From NCBI GenBank assembly GCA_965237805.1, contig OZ250153.1:384001-448000 (forward strand): DNA of 64,000 bases, read 5' to 3'. Position 1 is the stretch's first letter, and every line of letters starts with the position of its first letter. The notes beneath the pieces are model-generated. The model had not been told where the DNA came from. It ran no database searches and saw only the letters and a list, made by a program, of their open reading frames with translations. Shown piece after piece: positions 51,908 to 63,044 of the stretch. Made by a program: the position numbers and the translations under genes. This DNA comes from Gammaproteobacteria bacterium (lineage in GTDB: Bacteria > Pseudomonadota > Gammaproteobacteria > JABABF01).

Positions 51908-52702
51908 TTGAGCGCCGAGAAGCGCCTTGAGGGGCGCGTTTGCTTGGTCACCGGAGCGGCCTCGGGGATCGGTCTCGCCTGTGTTCAACGCTTTGCCGCC
52001 GAAGGAGCCGCCGTGCTGGGCTTAGATCTCGCTCCCAGCGCTGAATGGGACGCGCTGGACGCGCCCACTGGCAAGCATTTCCACGTCGCCGATGTGCGCG
52101 AATTCAGCGCACAGGAAGAGGCTGTGGCGATAGCGCTAGAGCGCTGGAAGCGCTTGGATGTGGTGGTCACTGCCGCTGGCGTGGCCGGTGGTGGCCCGGT
52201 CCATGCGATTTTGCAAGAGGAATGGAATCGCGTCATCGACATCAACCTCAAAGGCACCTATCTCAGCTGCAAGGCAGCGCTGCCACCAATGCTCGAACAG
52301 CGCAGCGGTTCGCTGATCACGATCGCCAGCATCGAGGGATTGGAGGGTAGCGAGGGTGGCAGCGCCTACAACGCCTCCAAAGGTGGCGTTGTGCTCCTGA
52401 CCAAGAATATGGCCATGGACTACGGCCTGCGCGGCATCCGTGCCAACGCCATCTGCCCCGGCTTCATCGACACACCGATGTTCCGCTCGGTATTCGAGAT
52501 GGAGGGCATGCAGACTCACCGCGAGCTGGTGCGCAAGCAACACAAACTGGGGCGTTTCGGCAAGCCGGAGGAAATCGCCAGTGCCGCTTTCTTCTTGGCC
52601 TCAGACGATGCCTCCTTTGTCACCGGACACGCATTGCCGGTGGACGGCGGCTTCGTCGCCGGACACCAATTCGGCCTCACCAAGATGATGGGGTTGGACT
52701 GA
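51908..52702 (+). CDS. SDR-family oxidoreductase
   Basis: TGAASGIG, YNASKGG, FVTG..L.VDGG; AGGAG before the TTG start. Confidence 0.92.
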   Translation: MSAEKRLEGRVCLVTGAASGIGLACVQRFAAEGAAVLGLDLAPSAEWDALDAPTGKHFHVADVREFSAQEEAVAIALERWKRLDVVVTAAGVAGGGPVHAILQEEWNRVIDINLKGTYLSCKAALPPMLEQRSGSLITIASIEGLEGSEGGSAYNASKGGVVLLTKNMAMDYGLRGIRANAICPGFIDTPMFRSVFEMEGMQTHRELVRKQHKLGRFGKPEEIASAAFFLASDDASFVTGHALPVDGGFVAGHQFGLTKMMGLD

Positions 52703-52731
52703 GGCCATCCCGACGCTGGACTGCAAGCCGC

Positions 52732-53715
52732 TCAGGCACGCTCGATTCCAAAAGCCATCACCGGGGCGATGCCCCGCTCTCCCAGCGCCAGCGCCACCAA
52801 GCGATCTACCCCCAAGGCGGCTCCCGTCACTGCAGGCAGACCGGCCTCCAGCGCCGCCAGCTGGCGCTCGCAGTGCGGCGGCGTCGGCAGGCCGCGACGG
52901 CGGCGTTCGGCCAAATCCGCCTCAAAACGGCGGCGCTGCTCGGCGGCATCGCGCAGCTCGACGTAGCCGTTGACCAGCTCGACACCGCGGAGATAGATTT
53001 CAAAACGCCGCGCCACTGCCGTGCCATCGGGCTCTGTGCTCAGTGCCGCCTGAGCCGCTTGAACAGCGGGAAAACGGTGGATCAACACGGTGCCAGAGCA
53101 GCGTGCTAACAACGGCCTGACACGTGCTACAAACAGGAAGTCCAACACGCTGCCGCGATCGCTCTCCGCAGCCATAGCGGGTTCCAAAGCCCCGGCAGCA
53201 GCTTGCAACTCCGGCAAGCTGGCGCGGTGCGCATCAAGACCGGTGTGGCGGCGAAACAACACTTGGTAGTCGCGGGTGGCGCTGTGGTGCACCCCAGCCA
53301 AGACGGCGATCAGCGCCAGCGCCTCGTGCGCCAAGCGGGTCTCGTCCCAGCCGGGTCTATACCACTCCAGCATCGTGAATTCCGGGTTGTGCCAAGCACC
53401 GCTCTCGCCCCCTCTAAAAGCACGTCCCAGCTGGTAAATAGGCCCGCTGCCAGCCGCCAATAAGCGCTTCATCGCCGCCTCGGGAGAGGTCTGCAGATAG
53501 TGGCGACCGGCACCGGGCAATGGCGCTTCGACCGCGAGACTGTGTAGCTGCGGCTCGCTGGCCGCCGATGGCGCGAGCAAGGGGGTCTCCACCTCAAGCA
53601 CAGCTCGACGGGCAAAGAAAGTGCGGATGCGCGCCAACAGGCGAGCGCGCTGGCGCAGGCGATCAAGCGTCGCCGATGGCTGCCAATCTGCCGCTGACTG
53701 CGAGGCTGAGCGCAG
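52732..53715 (-). CDS. epmA: EF-P lysine ligase EpmA (start non-canonical/uncertain)
   Basis: WQPSA, EVETP, YLQTSPE..MKRLLA, HNPEFTMLEWY, RFE, ALGVDRL. Confidence 0.92.
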   Translation of the reverse strand: MRSASQSAADWQPSATLDRLRQRARLLARIRTFFARRAVLEVETPLLAPSAASEPQLHSLAVEAPLPGAGRHYLQTSPEAAMKRLLAAGSGPIYQLGRAFRGGESGAWHNPEFTMLEWYRPGWDETRLAHEALALIAVLAGVHHSATRDYQVLFRRHTGLDAHRASLPELQAAAGALEPAMAAESDRGSVLDFLFVARVRPLLARCSGTVLIHRFPAVQAAQAALSTEPDGTAVARRFEIYLRGVELVNGYVELRDAAEQRRRFEADLAERRRRGLPTPPHCERQLAALEAGLPAVTGAALGVDRLVALALGERGIAPVMAFGIERA

Positions 53716-53741
53716 TCCCTCAGCAACGATGGCGGCGCGCC

Positions 53742-54320
53742 TTAGTTTTTGCCCGCCCGGCCTTGGTATTCACCGGTGCGGGTGTCGACGCGGATGCGGT
53801 CACCGAGATTGATGAACAGCGGCACACGCACCGAGGCCCCCGTGCTGAGCTGCGCCGGTTTGACGCCGCCGGTGGCGGTGTCGCCGCGCAAACCTGGGTC
53901 GGTCTCAGTGACCTCGATCTCGACGAAGTTCGGAGCGCGCACCGACAACGGCACACCATTCCAAAGCGTGACCATGCAACGGTCCTGCCCACTCAGCCAC
54001 GGGCGCGCATCGGCCACCGCCTGCTCGTTGGCACAGTGTTGCTCATAGCTGGAATCTTCCATAAAATGCCAACCTTCGCCGTCGGCGTACAGAAAGGACA
54101 TCTCGCGCTCGACCACATCGGCAGCTGGCAGACTGTCGCCAGATTTGAAAGTGCGCTCCCAAATGCGCCCGCTACGCAGATTGCGCAGGCGCACGCGGTT
54201 GAATGCCTGCCCCTTACCGGGCTTGACGAATTCGTTCTCGACAATGTTGCACGGCTCGCCGTCGAGCAAGAGCTTCAGGCCGGGCCGAAACTCATTGGTG
54301 GAGTGGTTGGCCATCTGCAT
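53742..54320 (-). CDS. efp: Elongation factor P
   Basis: [21 protein letters not shown]. Confidence 0.97.
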   Translation of the reverse strand: MQMANHSTNEFRPGLKLLLDGEPCNIVENEFVKPGKGQAFNRVRLRNLRSGRIWERTFKSGDSLPAADVVEREMSFLYADGEGWHFMEDSSYEQHCANEQAVADARPWLSGQDRCMVTLWNGVPLSVRAPNFVEIEVTETDPGLRGDTATGGVKPAQLSTGASVRVPLFINLGDRIRVDTRTGEYQGRAGKN

Positions 54321-54364
54321 CCCCAGCTGTCATAGCGCCATAATAGCAGTGTGGTCAATCAGCT

Positions 54365-55438
54365 ATGGACAGGATAGGCAGCGTAGCCGTGAGCTCTAGA
54401 CAAGCCACCATAGCCACTGCCTCAGGCAGCGTGACAACAGCTGCCCCCGCCAGCGCAAGCGCCCGGTGGCAACGCGAGCTGCGCGATGCGATACGCCGGC
54501 CCGAGGAGCTGTTGGCCTTGCTACAGCTCGAGCCGGAGCAGCTGGACTGGGCAGTGGCCGACGGCGGCGATTTCCCGTTGCGGGTGCCGCGCCATTTCGC
54601 CGCCCGCATGCGCACCGGTGACCCTGCCGACCCCCTGTTGCGGCAGGTGCTCAGCAGCCGTCGCGAATGGGACAGCGTCACCGGCTTCAGCACCGACCCG
54701 CTGGCCGAGAGCGCGGCCAACCCATGCCCCGGCCTGCTACACAAATACCGCGGACGGGCGCTACTGCTCGCCACCCACAGCTGCGCGGTGCACTGCCGCT
54801 ACTGCTTCCGCCGCCATTTCCCGCAGGTAGCCGGTGCCCCCGGCGCACACTGGCAAGCAGCGCTGGATTACATTGCCGCACACCAAGAGATCGGCGAAGT
54901 GATCCTCAGCGGGGGCGACCCGTTGATGCTGCGCGACACCCTGCTGGCCAAGCTGTGCAGTGCACTGGAGGCAATCCCTCATCTGCGCGGCCTGCGGCTG
55001 CACACACGGTTGCCGGTGGTGATCCCGGCGCGCATCACCGAAGCCCTGCTGGAGCGCTTGGCGACGAGCCGTCTCAGGACGACGATGGTGGTGCACATCA
55101 ACCACGCACAGGAGCTCGACGACGATGTGGCTGCGGCACTGCGCCGTGTCGGCAAACGCGGCATCGCCCTGCTGAACCAATCCGTACTGTTGCGAGGGGT
55201 CAATGATGAGGTGAAGGTGCTGACCGAGCTGAGCGAGGCCTTACACTACCAAGCTGGCACGCTGCCCTACTACCTGCACCTGCCCGACCGTGTGGCCAAC
55301 ACCGCCCACTTCTATGTGAACGCGGCCGAGGGGCGGCGACTGATGGCGCAGCTGCGAGCGAACTTGCCCGGCTATCTGGTGCCACGGCTGGTGCGCGAAG
55401 AAGCTGGCGGGTCGGCGAAGACCATCATCGCCGCCTGA
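54365..55438 (+). CDS. epmB: EF-P beta-lysylation lysine 2,3-aminomutase
   Basis: LHKY, CAVHCRYCFRR, SGGDPL, NQSVLL.GVND; divergent from efp. Confidence 0.95.
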   Translation: MDRIGSVAVSSRQATIATASGSVTTAAPASASARWQRELRDAIRRPEELLALLQLEPEQLDWAVADGGDFPLRVPRHFAARMRTGDPADPLLRQVLSSRREWDSVTGFSTDPLAESAANPCPGLLHKYRGRALLLATHSCAVHCRYCFRRHFPQVAGAPGAHWQAALDYIAAHQEIGEVILSGGDPLMLRDTLLAKLCSALEAIPHLRGLRLHTRLPVVIPARITEALLERLATSRLRTTMVVHINHAQELDDDVAAALRRVGKRGIALLNQSVLLRGVNDEVKVLTELSEALHYQAGTLPYYLHLPDRVANTAHFYVNAAEGRRLMAQLRANLPGYLVPRLVREEAGGSAKTIIAA

Positions 55439-55455
55439 ACGGCGGGGCGCGCCGC

Positions 55456-57657
55456 TCAGAGCCGCAAACGGATGCCCCCACCAACACCATAGCGCCCGCT
55501 GTAATGCAGGGTCGCATCAAAGCGTGTTGAGAAGCGGTAACGCAGCTCGACGGCATCATCCTTGTCACCGACATCGAGCAACCAGGCCAGCGACAGGCGC
55601 TCACTGAGCTGGTGGTGATTGCTCAAGCGCAAGATCACACCCTCCTCGGAATCCCATTCGAGCTCCGCCTCCAGCCGTAGCGGCAGCACAAGTGCGGCTC
55701 CCAACAGGGCGCTGTGCTCGATGTCTTCGCCGCTGTGGAAATCCTGCGTGCGCGTCAGACGATAACCGGTGTAGACCGAAGAAAAACGCCCCAATAGCCG
55801 CCGGTAGGCCAATTCACCCTCACCATATCGCTCTCCATTCCGCTCTGTCAGGCCGTGTTCAAAACTCCACTCCAATTGATCGTTCGCGTCGCGTAGCTGC
55901 CCCTCCACTGCTGCCATATTGCTGAGCAGCACCCACTCGCCGCGCCACCAGAAGCGGCGATCCTCCATGGCAGCTGGCGGCATCGGCTCGGCAGCGCGTT
56001 CCAAGGCGGTGGCCCGACGTTCCAAATTGTCGCCGAGCGCGGTGCGGGCACGATCCACCGCAGGCAGATGGTCGCTCCCCCCGGGTGCAGGAGGCAAGGC
56101 GGCGACCACCCGGTGCGCCGTGCCGGGAGCCGGAGCTGAGTAGCTCACAGCCCGCGCCATACCGGTCGCCATGTGGTAGAGGTTATGGCAGTGCATGATC
56201 CAACGGCCGGGCTCGACCGCCAACAGCTCGATGGTCTGCTGCTGCATCGGCGGCACCACCACGGTGTGTTTGAGCGGGGCGCGATCGCCCTGCCCATTCA
56301 ACACCCTGAAAAAATGGCCGTGCAGATGGATCGGGTGATCCATCATGGTCTCGTTGAGCAGCTCGATGCGCAACAACTCGCCGGGGACAAACTCCAGCGG
56401 CTCTGCGGCGCTGAAAATGACATTATTAAAAGACCAGACATAGTTTTCCATGGCACCGGTCAACCGCAGACTGATGACGCGATCCGGCGCTCTGCGCTCG
56501 GCCTCAGTGCGAGCCGTACGGGCGCGCAGCTGGCGGTATATCAATCCATCCACTGGGTTGGCCATCGCACCGTGACCAGCATGTCCGCCATGGGCACCGT
56601 GCGCCGCATAGAGGTCGGGGCGCGGGCGCGTCGTCACGGCTCGCAGCTGACCCGCGCCGAGCAGCACGCTACTCCAGCCACTACCGTCGTTGGCGGTGGC
56701 CCGCAATTCGCGGGCTTCGCCAGCGGCGGTCGGCAGCAACAGATCATAGCTCTCCCCCATGCCGATGCGTAGCCGCTGGACGCGAACGGGCTCCACTGGC
56801 TGGCCATCGGCGCTGATCAGCTCCAGCGATCCGACGGCATACTCCAAATCGAACAGGGTGGAAGCCGCCGCGTTGATGACCCGCAGCCGCACGCAACCCG
56901 AACCCAGCTCCCCCAAGGCATGGCGCTGCTCGCCATTGGCCAAGAAGCGGTCGTAGCCGACATCGGAGACATCCATTGCGCCCATGCGCAGCCATGACAT
57001 CTGCAGACGGCTCGCCACCGCAGTCGGGCCACGACTCAGGGCACCGAGCCAGTGTTGCACGGTGCCTTTTTTGCTGGCAAACCAATCACTGTCTTTTTTC
57101 AAGCGGCGCAGAATCGCGGCACCGGACATCCGATCCCAGTCGGACAAGACCACCGCCAGATCCTCAGCACAGCGGTTCATCGCCGGGAAGTCCTGTTCAT
57201 CTCCCAGCAGCACGATGGCACCATAAAGGCCGTCCTGCTCTTGGAGAGCGGTATGGGAGTGGTACCAATAAGTGCCGCTTTGACGTGCAGCAAAGCGGAA
57301 TTCGCGACTGGCACCGGGCGCGATGGGCGGCGAGCTGATGCCGGGCACGCCGTCTTGGTCATAGGGCAAGAGTAGGCCATGCCAGTGCAGCAGTACGGGC
57401 TCGTCGAGCCGATTGACCACTTCAATGTGCAGTTGATCCCCGACTCGGGCGCTGAGCGTCGGCGCGGGCGAACGACCGTTGATCACCAAGTGATGGGACT
57501 GCGGGCCGTCCTGTCGCTCCGTCACCAGCTGGTATTTGACGATGGCCGTGCGCGCCGCCGCTGGCCATGCCAAGGACATCGAAACAAGCGCCAAGACGGC
57601 GCAGCACGAGACCGTGACCAAGCACTTCCCGCTGGGCTGCTGCTGTTTCACCGCCAT
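55456..57657 (-). CDS. Multicopper oxidase (CopA-like) with extra C-terminal beta-rich domain
   Basis: HWHG, WYHSH, HPIHLHGH, HCHNLYHM; Sec-like signal peptide. Confidence 0.9.
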   Translation of the reverse strand: MAVKQQQPSGKCLVTVSCCAVLALVSMSLAWPAAARTAIVKYQLVTERQDGPQSHHLVINGRSPAPTLSARVGDQLHIEVVNRLDEPVLLHWHGLLLPYDQDGVPGISSPPIAPGASREFRFAARQSGTYWYHSHTALQEQDGLYGAIVLLGDEQDFPAMNRCAEDLAVVLSDWDRMSGAAILRRLKKDSDWFASKKGTVQHWLGALSRGPTAVASRLQMSWLRMGAMDVSDVGYDRFLANGEQRHALGELGSGCVRLRVINAAASTLFDLEYAVGSLELISADGQPVEPVRVQRLRIGMGESYDLLLPTAAGEARELRATANDGSGWSSVLLGAGQLRAVTTRPRPDLYAAHGAHGGHAGHGAMANPVDGLIYRQLRARTARTEAERRAPDRVISLRLTGAMENYVWSFNNVIFSAAEPLEFVPGELLRIELLNETMMDHPIHLHGHFFRVLNGQGDRAPLKHTVVVPPMQQQTIELLAVEPGRWIMHCHNLYHMATGMARAVSYSAPAPGTAHRVVAALPPAPGGSDHLPAVDRARTALGDNLERRATALERAAEPMPPAAMEDRRFWWRGEWVLLSNMAAVEGQLRDANDQLEWSFEHGLTERNGERYGEGELAYRRLLGRFSSVYTGYRLTRTQDFHSGEDIEHSALLGAALVLPLRLEAELEWDSEEGVILRLSNHHQLSERLSLAWLLDVGDKDDAVELRYRFSTRFDATLHYSGRYGVGGGIRLRL

Positions 57658-57728
57658 ATGACACTGGGCACGCCAGCGCACCACAGCCAATATCCTCAAA
57701 GCTAACACAGCTGGCAATCGGCAGCCAG

Positions 57729-58493
57729 CTAAAGCCGCAGCTCGATGCCGCAGCGACTCAGATGACTCTTCGCTTCAGCGATGGAATAGGTGCCAAAGTG
57801 GAAGATGCTGGCAGCTAACACCGCATCGGCACCGCCCAATTTGATGCCATCAACCAGATGCTGCAAATTGCCAACCCCACCTGAGGCGATAACCGGTACG
57901 GGCACCGCATCGCTGACCGCCCGCGTCAACTCCAAGTCGAAGCCCTCGCAGGTGCCATCCCGGTCCATACTGGTCAGCAAGATCTCGCCAGCACCCAGCC
58001 CGACCACTTGCCGCGCCCACTGGATCGCATCGCGCCCCGCACTGCGCCGACCGCCGTGGGTGACAACCTCCCAGCTGCTGCCATCGGCGAGACGGCGCGC
58101 ATCGATGGCCACGACCACGCACTGACTGCCGAAACGCTCCGCCAACCGCCGCACCAAGTCGGGCTCCGCCACCGCCGCCGTGTTGATACTGACTTTATCC
58201 GCCCCGGCGCGGAGCAGCGTGCGCACATCGTCCTCGGAGCGCACCCCGCCGCCAACGGTTAGCGGGATAAAGACCTCACCAGCGATCGCCGCCACCGTGT
58301 GCAGCACCGTCTCGCGCCCCTCGTGACTGGCGCTGATGTCGAGCACCGTCAGCTCGTCGGCCCCCTCGTCATCGTAGCGGCGCGCCGCTTCGACCGGATC
58401 ACCAGCATCGCGCAGCTCGACAAAGCGCTCTCCCTTGACAACCCGCCCACCATCAATGTCGAGGCAGGGAATAATGCGCCGCGCCAAAGCCAT
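57729..58493 (-). CDS. hisF: Imidazole glycerol phosphate synthase cyclase subunit
   Basis: [25 protein letters not shown]. Confidence 0.97.
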   Translation of the reverse strand: MALARRIIPCLDIDGGRVVKGERFVELRDAGDPVEAARRYDDEGADELTVLDISASHEGRETVLHTVAAIAGEVFIPLTVGGGVRSEDDVRTLLRAGADKVSINTAAVAEPDLVRRLAERFGSQCVVVAIDARRLADGSSWEVVTHGGRRSAGRDAIQWARQVVGLGAGEILLTSMDRDGTCEGFDLELTRAVSDAVPVPVIASGGVGNLQHLVDGIKLGGADAVLAASIFHFGTYSIAEAKSHLSRCGIELRL

Positions 58494-58495
58494 GC

Positions 58496-59293
58496 TCAGC
58501 CGGACTCAGAGCACAGCGCGAGACCAGCCGCCAAATCCAACGTCCCCTCGTAGAGAGAACGACCGGCAATGACCCCCGCCAGCCCCCCCAGAGCCACATC
58601 CCCAGACGATGCGGAGCGCAGCTCCTCGACGAGCGCCAAATCGGCGGCGATGATCCCCCGCAGCTCGTCTAAATCGCTGAGCCCGCCGGAGGCGATGACC
58701 GGCGTGTCAAAGCCGCGTTCGCGCAATGCGCGCACCAAGTCCAGCGTAGCCGCCAGATTGATACCACTCTGCATCCCGTCGCGGGCGATGTCAGTGTGGA
58801 TGATGGCCGCCGCACCGGCAGCGGCAAAATGACAGGCGAGGCCGATGACATCGCTGTCGGACTGCTCGAGCCAGCCGGCCACTGCCAGCTGGCCGTCGCG
58901 GGCATCCAAGCCAATGGCCACGCGTGCGGGAAAACGCCGGCACCAATCGGCCACCAAAGCGGGCTCGCGCTGAGCCAAGGTACCGATGACGACCCGGCTG
59001 ATTCCGGCGGCCAAATAATGCGCCAAGCGTTCGGCGTCGCGGATGCCGCCGCCGAGCTGCAGCTCGAGCTGCGGCAGGGCGGCGGCGATGGCGCAGATCT
59101 GCTCGTCGTGGCATGGCTCACCGGCCACGGCACCGTCCAAATCGACCACATGCAGTCGGCGGCAACCGGCCTCGCTCCAGCGCCGTGCTTGTGCGAGCGG
59201 GTCGGCGCTGTAGACCGTGCTATCAGCCATCTGCCCGCGACGCAGGCGCACACAATGGCCACCCTTGAGATCGATGGCCGGTATCAATTCCAC
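58496..59293 (-). CDS. hisA: ProFAR isomerase
   Basis: [28 protein letters not shown]. Confidence 0.95.
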   Translation of the reverse strand: MELIPAIDLKGGHCVRLRRGQMADSTVYSADPLAQARRWSEAGCRRLHVVDLDGAVAGEPCHDEQICAIAAALPQLELQLGGGIRDAERLAHYLAAGISRVVIGTLAQREPALVADWCRRFPARVAIGLDARDGQLAVAGWLEQSDSDVIGLACHFAAAGAAAIIHTDIARDGMQSGINLAATLDLVRALRERGFDTPVIASGGLSDLDELRGIIAADLALVEELRSASSGDVALGGLAGVIAGRSLYEGTLDLAAGLALCSESG

Positions 59294-59294
59294 T

Positions 59295-59951
59295 TCATTC
59301 CTCTGCGCCCGACCAAGCCAAGAAATTCTCCAACAGCTGCAAGCCAGCGCGCTGACTCTTCTCCGGGTGGAACTGGGTGGCGAAGAGGCTGCCGCTGGCG
59401 GCGGCGGCGGTGAAGCGCAGGCCATAGTCGCTCTCGGCCACCACCTCGGCGGATGCGACCTGACAGTGGTAACTGTGGACAAAATAGAAGCGCTCGCCAT
59501 CGGCGATGCCGTGCCACAGCGGGTGGTCGCGGCGCTGGTACACGCGATTCCAACCCATATGAGGCACCTTGAGCCGCACCCCATCGGCATCGCTCAGCTC
59601 CTCGCCAAAGCCCAACCCCGTCCCCGATAGCAGCCCGAGACCGTCGACGCCACCATGCTCTTCGCTGTGCTGCAACAACATCTGTAAGCCGAGGCAGATG
59701 GCGAGTAGCGGTCGCCCAGAGCGCACATAGTCGGCAATGGCTCGATCCAGACCGCGCTGGCACAGCGTGTCGATACCTGCCCGCATACCGCCCACACCCG
59801 GCAAAACCAAACGTTCGGCACTATCAAAAGCAGCGGGGTGGTCGACCAGAGACACCTCGGCACCGAGGCGCTGCAAGGCCTTGCCCACCGAGTGCAGATT
59901 GCCCATGCCGTAGTCCACGACCGCACAACGCAGCCGTGTAGGCGACACCAC
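59295..59951 (-). CDS. hisH: IGP synthase glutaminase subunit
   Basis: DYGMGNL, PGVG, ICLG.Q, QFHPEKS. Confidence 0.95.
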   Translation of the reverse strand: MVSPTRLRCAVVDYGMGNLHSVGKALQRLGAEVSLVDHPAAFDSAERLVLPGVGGMRAGIDTLCQRGLDRAIADYVRSGRPLLAICLGLQMLLQHSEEHGGVDGLGLLSGTGLGFGEELSDADGVRLKVPHMGWNRVYQRRDHPLWHGIADGERFYFVHSYHCQVASAEVVAESDYGLRFTAAAASGSLFATQFHPEKSQRAGLQLLENFLAWSGAEE

Positions 59952-59955
59952 AGCG

Positions 59956-60567
59956 CTATAGGCTGCCTTTGGTGGAGGGCACCCCACGAGCAGCGGCATC
60001 CGGTGACACAGCCTCCCGCAGTGCCCGACCAAAGGCCTTGAACACCGTCTCCGCTTGGTGGTGGCTGTTGTCGCCGCGCAAATTGTCGATATGCAGCGTG
60101 GTACCGGCGTGATTGACAAAACCGCTAAAAAACTCGCGCACCAGATCGACATCGAAATCGCCGATGCGCGCACGGCTAAAAGGCACGTTATAAACCAGCC
60201 CCGGGCGACCGGAGAAATCGATGACGACGCGGCTCAGAGCCTCGTCCAGTGGGACGAAAGCACTACCGTAGCGGCGGATGCCAGAGCGGTCACCCAAGCA
60301 GTGGCTCAGCGCTTGCCCCAGCGTGATGCCGATGTCCTCGACGGTGTGGTGTGCATCCACCGCCAAGTCGCCCTCGGCCTGTATCTTCAAGGCGAGCGCA
60401 CCGTGGTATGCGAGCTGCTCAAGCATATGCTCCAAAAAGGGGAGGCCCAGACTGATTTCAGCGCGATGTGGGTCGTCCAGCGCCACGGCGACGCGGATGT
60501 GGGTCTCCAGCGTCTTGCGCTCGATTTCAGCACGCCGGGGAGCACCCTGCGCTCTCTTGTCGGCCAT
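59956..60567 (-). CDS. hisB: Imidazoleglycerol-phosphate dehydratase (monofunctional)
   Basis: D.HHTVED, PLDEAL, N.HH..E..FK, PSTKG.L. Confidence 0.96.
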   Translation of the reverse strand: MADKRAQGAPRRAEIERKTLETHIRVAVALDDPHRAEISLGLPFLEHMLEQLAYHGALALKIQAEGDLAVDAHHTVEDIGITLGQALSHCLGDRSGIRRYGSAFVPLDEALSRVVIDFSGRPGLVYNVPFSRARIGDFDVDLVREFFSGFVNHAGTTLHIDNLRGDNSHHQAETVFKAFGRALREAVSPDAAARGVPSTKGSL

Positions 60568-60723
60568 GGCGAAACCCTCTTGGATGAGCTGCGAATTATA
60601 CCCGCCACAAGTTCGCAACCACAGACTGGGGATACCGGCACCGCCCCCAATGCGCCACAGCAACCGTGCGCGAGCTACAATCACCCGACCGGTGTATACG
60701 GATGCCCGCCACCAAGACGAGCG

Positions 60724-61809
60724 ATGGACAACAGAGCATTCCAACGTGCGTTACGCTCGTGGCATAGCCACTCGGGACGGCACGATCTGCCATGGCTACG
60801 GCAGCGCTCGCCGTACCGCATCTGGGTTGCCGAAATCCTGCTACAGCAGACCCAAGTGCGCGTCGCCCTGCCCTACTACCAACGCTTCATGCGCCGCTTC
60901 CCCAGCCTCAAGGCGCTAGCCGAGGCACCGCTGGACGAGTTGCTCTCGCTGTGGAGTGGCCTAGGCTATTACGCTAGGGCGCGCAACTTGCACCGCACAG
61001 CCCAGCAGCTGCGAGAGACGCACGGCGGCAGATGGCCCCGCAGCGTCGCAGAGTTACAAGCGCTGCCGGGCATCGGCCGCTCTACCGCCGGGGCCATCGC
61101 CGCCGCCGCCTTCAGGCAACGCGGCATCATCCTTGATGGCAATGTGCGGCGTGTGCTGGCGCGTTTCGCCACTATAGCTGGATACCCCGGCACGGGAGCG
61201 ACCGAGCGCCAACTGTGGCGACTGGCCGACCACTACACACCGGAGCGGGATGCCGCCGAACACAATCAAGCGATGATGGACTTGGGTGCCACCGTCTGCA
61301 CGCACAGCACCCCCAACTGCCCATCCTGCCCACTGCACACCGGTTGCGCGGCGTGGCGCACGGGACGGGTCGCCGACTTCCCGGCTCGCCGCCCGCGTCG
61401 CCCGTCACCGCTACGGCATTGCCATATGCTACTGATCGAAAAACCAGACGGCCACATACTGCTGGAGCGCCGTGCGGAGCACGGACTCTGGGGCGGACTC
61501 TACAGCCTGCCTGAAATCGCATCGGCGCAAGACCCGCTGGCACACTATCCAGAGCTGGCGGCCTGCGGTGTGGCAAAGCGCGAGGAATGGGCTGTTTTGC
61601 GCCATACTTTCACCCATTTTCGACTCGACATCCACCCGCTCCACCTGCGCTTGGCGCGTGCGCCACACGGCATCGCCGAGGGCGATAACAAGCAGCTCTG
61701 GTACAATGCCAGCAACACTACACAGGGCTTGGTAGTGGGCCTGCCCACCCCGGTGAGCAAGTTGTTAGGGCAGTGGCGTAGCGGCCAAAACAACGGGCGC
61801 GGGCACTGA
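60724..61809 (+). CDS. mutY: A/G-specific adenine glycosylase
   Basis: LPW, E..LQQT, W.GLGYY.RA, LPGIG, DGNVRR, 4-Cys cluster, HTFTHF. Confidence 0.96.
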   Translation: MDNRAFQRALRSWHSHSGRHDLPWLRQRSPYRIWVAEILLQQTQVRVALPYYQRFMRRFPSLKALAEAPLDELLSLWSGLGYYARARNLHRTAQQLRETHGGRWPRSVAELQALPGIGRSTAGAIAAAAFRQRGIILDGNVRRVLARFATIAGYPGTGATERQLWRLADHYTPERDAAEHNQAMMDLGATVCTHSTPNCPSCPLHTGCAAWRTGRVADFPARRPRRPSPLRHCHMLLIEKPDGHILLERRAEHGLWGGLYSLPEIASAQDPLAHYPELAACGVAKREEWAVLRHTFTHFRLDIHPLHLRLARAPHGIAEGDNKQLWYNASNTTQGLVVGLPTPVSKLLGQWRSGQNNGRGH

Positions 61810-61818
61810 GCAGAAATC

Positions 61819-62100
61819 ATGGCGCACACTGTGGTCTGCCGCAAGTATGCATGCGAATTGCCTGGTTTGGAGGCACCGCCTTTCCCCGGGGAAACTGGCA
61901 TGCAGATCTACCAGCAGGTCTCGCAACAGGCGTGGACAGAGTGGCAGGCGCTACAGGTGATGCTGATCAATGAAAAACGTCTCAGCACCACTGATCCCGC
62001 CGCCCGGCAGTACCTGCTTGAGCAGAGAGAATTGTTTTTGGACAACGGCGCACACGATCGGGCGGCAGGCTATGTGCCGCCGAACGAAGCGCCACAATAG
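61819..62100 (+). CDS. yggX: Fe(II)-trafficking/oxidative damage protection protein
   Basis: C.K...ELPGL..PP.PG, W..W...Q.MLINEKRL, GYVPP; follows mutY. Confidence 0.92.
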   Translation: MAHTVVCRKYACELPGLEAPPFPGETGMQIYQQVSQQAWTEWQALQVMLINEKRLSTTDPAARQYLLEQRELFLDNGAHDRAAGYVPPNEAPQ

Positions 62101-62144
62101 CCCAAGAGTGGCTCAGCGCCAAATATTAGATCAGCGATCGCGAC

Positions 62145-62252
<108 letters not shown>

Positions 62253-62434
62253 CAGCGTTTTGTGGGATTGACGGGCAATAGGAACTGATAGACGAACTAC
62301 GTCGACGCAGCTGCTCGCCCCCACCCAACTCCAAAACACCCCACAACCGCACCCAATCTGCCCACCCCACCCCCGCTGGGATAAAATAGGCGTTTAACTA
62401 CCACACCCGACAACCACCGCGAGAGAGTCGAGCC

Positions 62435-63013
62435 ATGCTGGCCGAATACGCCGTCATATTGGTCGGCAACATCCTGATCAACAACTTCGTGCTGGTACAA
62501 TTCCTCGGTCTGTGCCCATTTATGGGCGTGTCTACCAAGCTCGAAAGCGCGATCGGCATGTCTGCCGCCACCACCTTCGTGCTGACGCTATCCACGGTGT
62601 GCAGCTACCTGCTGTTCGAGTGGTGCTTGAAACCTTTGGGGATCGAGTACCTGCGCCTGATCGGCTTCATCCTCGTCATCGCCAGCATCGTGCAGCTGAC
62701 CGAGATGATGGTGCGCAAACTGAGCCCCTTGCTGTACCGCATGCTGGGCATTTTCCTGCCACTGATCACGACCAACTGTGCCGTGCTCGGCGTCGCCCTG
62801 TTGAACCTGAACCGCGAGCACGCGCTGCTGGATTCCGCCATCTACGGCTTCAGTGCCGCGCTGGGCTTCTCACTGGTGTTGGTGTGCTTCACCGCCATGC
62901 GCGAGCGCCTGCTGGTGTCCAACATCCCGCAACCCTTCCAAGGTGCCGCCAGTGCCATGCTGACTGCCGGCTTGGCCTCGCTCGCCTTCATGGGCTTCAT
63001 CGGCGTGGTCTAG
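62435..63013 (+). CDS. rnfA: Rnf/Rsx complex subunit A
   Basis: [29 protein letters not shown]. Confidence 0.96.
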   Translation: MLAEYAVILVGNILINNFVLVQFLGLCPFMGVSTKLESAIGMSAATTFVLTLSTVCSYLLFEWCLKPLGIEYLRLIGFILVIASIVQLTEMMVRKLSPLLYRMLGIFLPLITTNCAVLGVALLNLNREHALLDSAIYGFSAALGFSLVLVCFTAMRERLLVSNIPQPFQGAASAMLTAGLASLAFMGFIGVV

Positions 63014-63044
63014 CGGTACGCCACTGGACTTTGCAAAAATCGCC

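Noticed and set aside
48941-55456. GGCGCGCC palindrome in three short spacers (near 48944, 53734, 55446)
   Set aside because: An all-GC 8-mer is expected several times at this composition; no extended REP-like structure.
60055-60723. Apparent 220-aa N-terminal extension of MutY
   Set aside because: It is mostly the antisense of hisB; MutY homology begins at ATG 60724.
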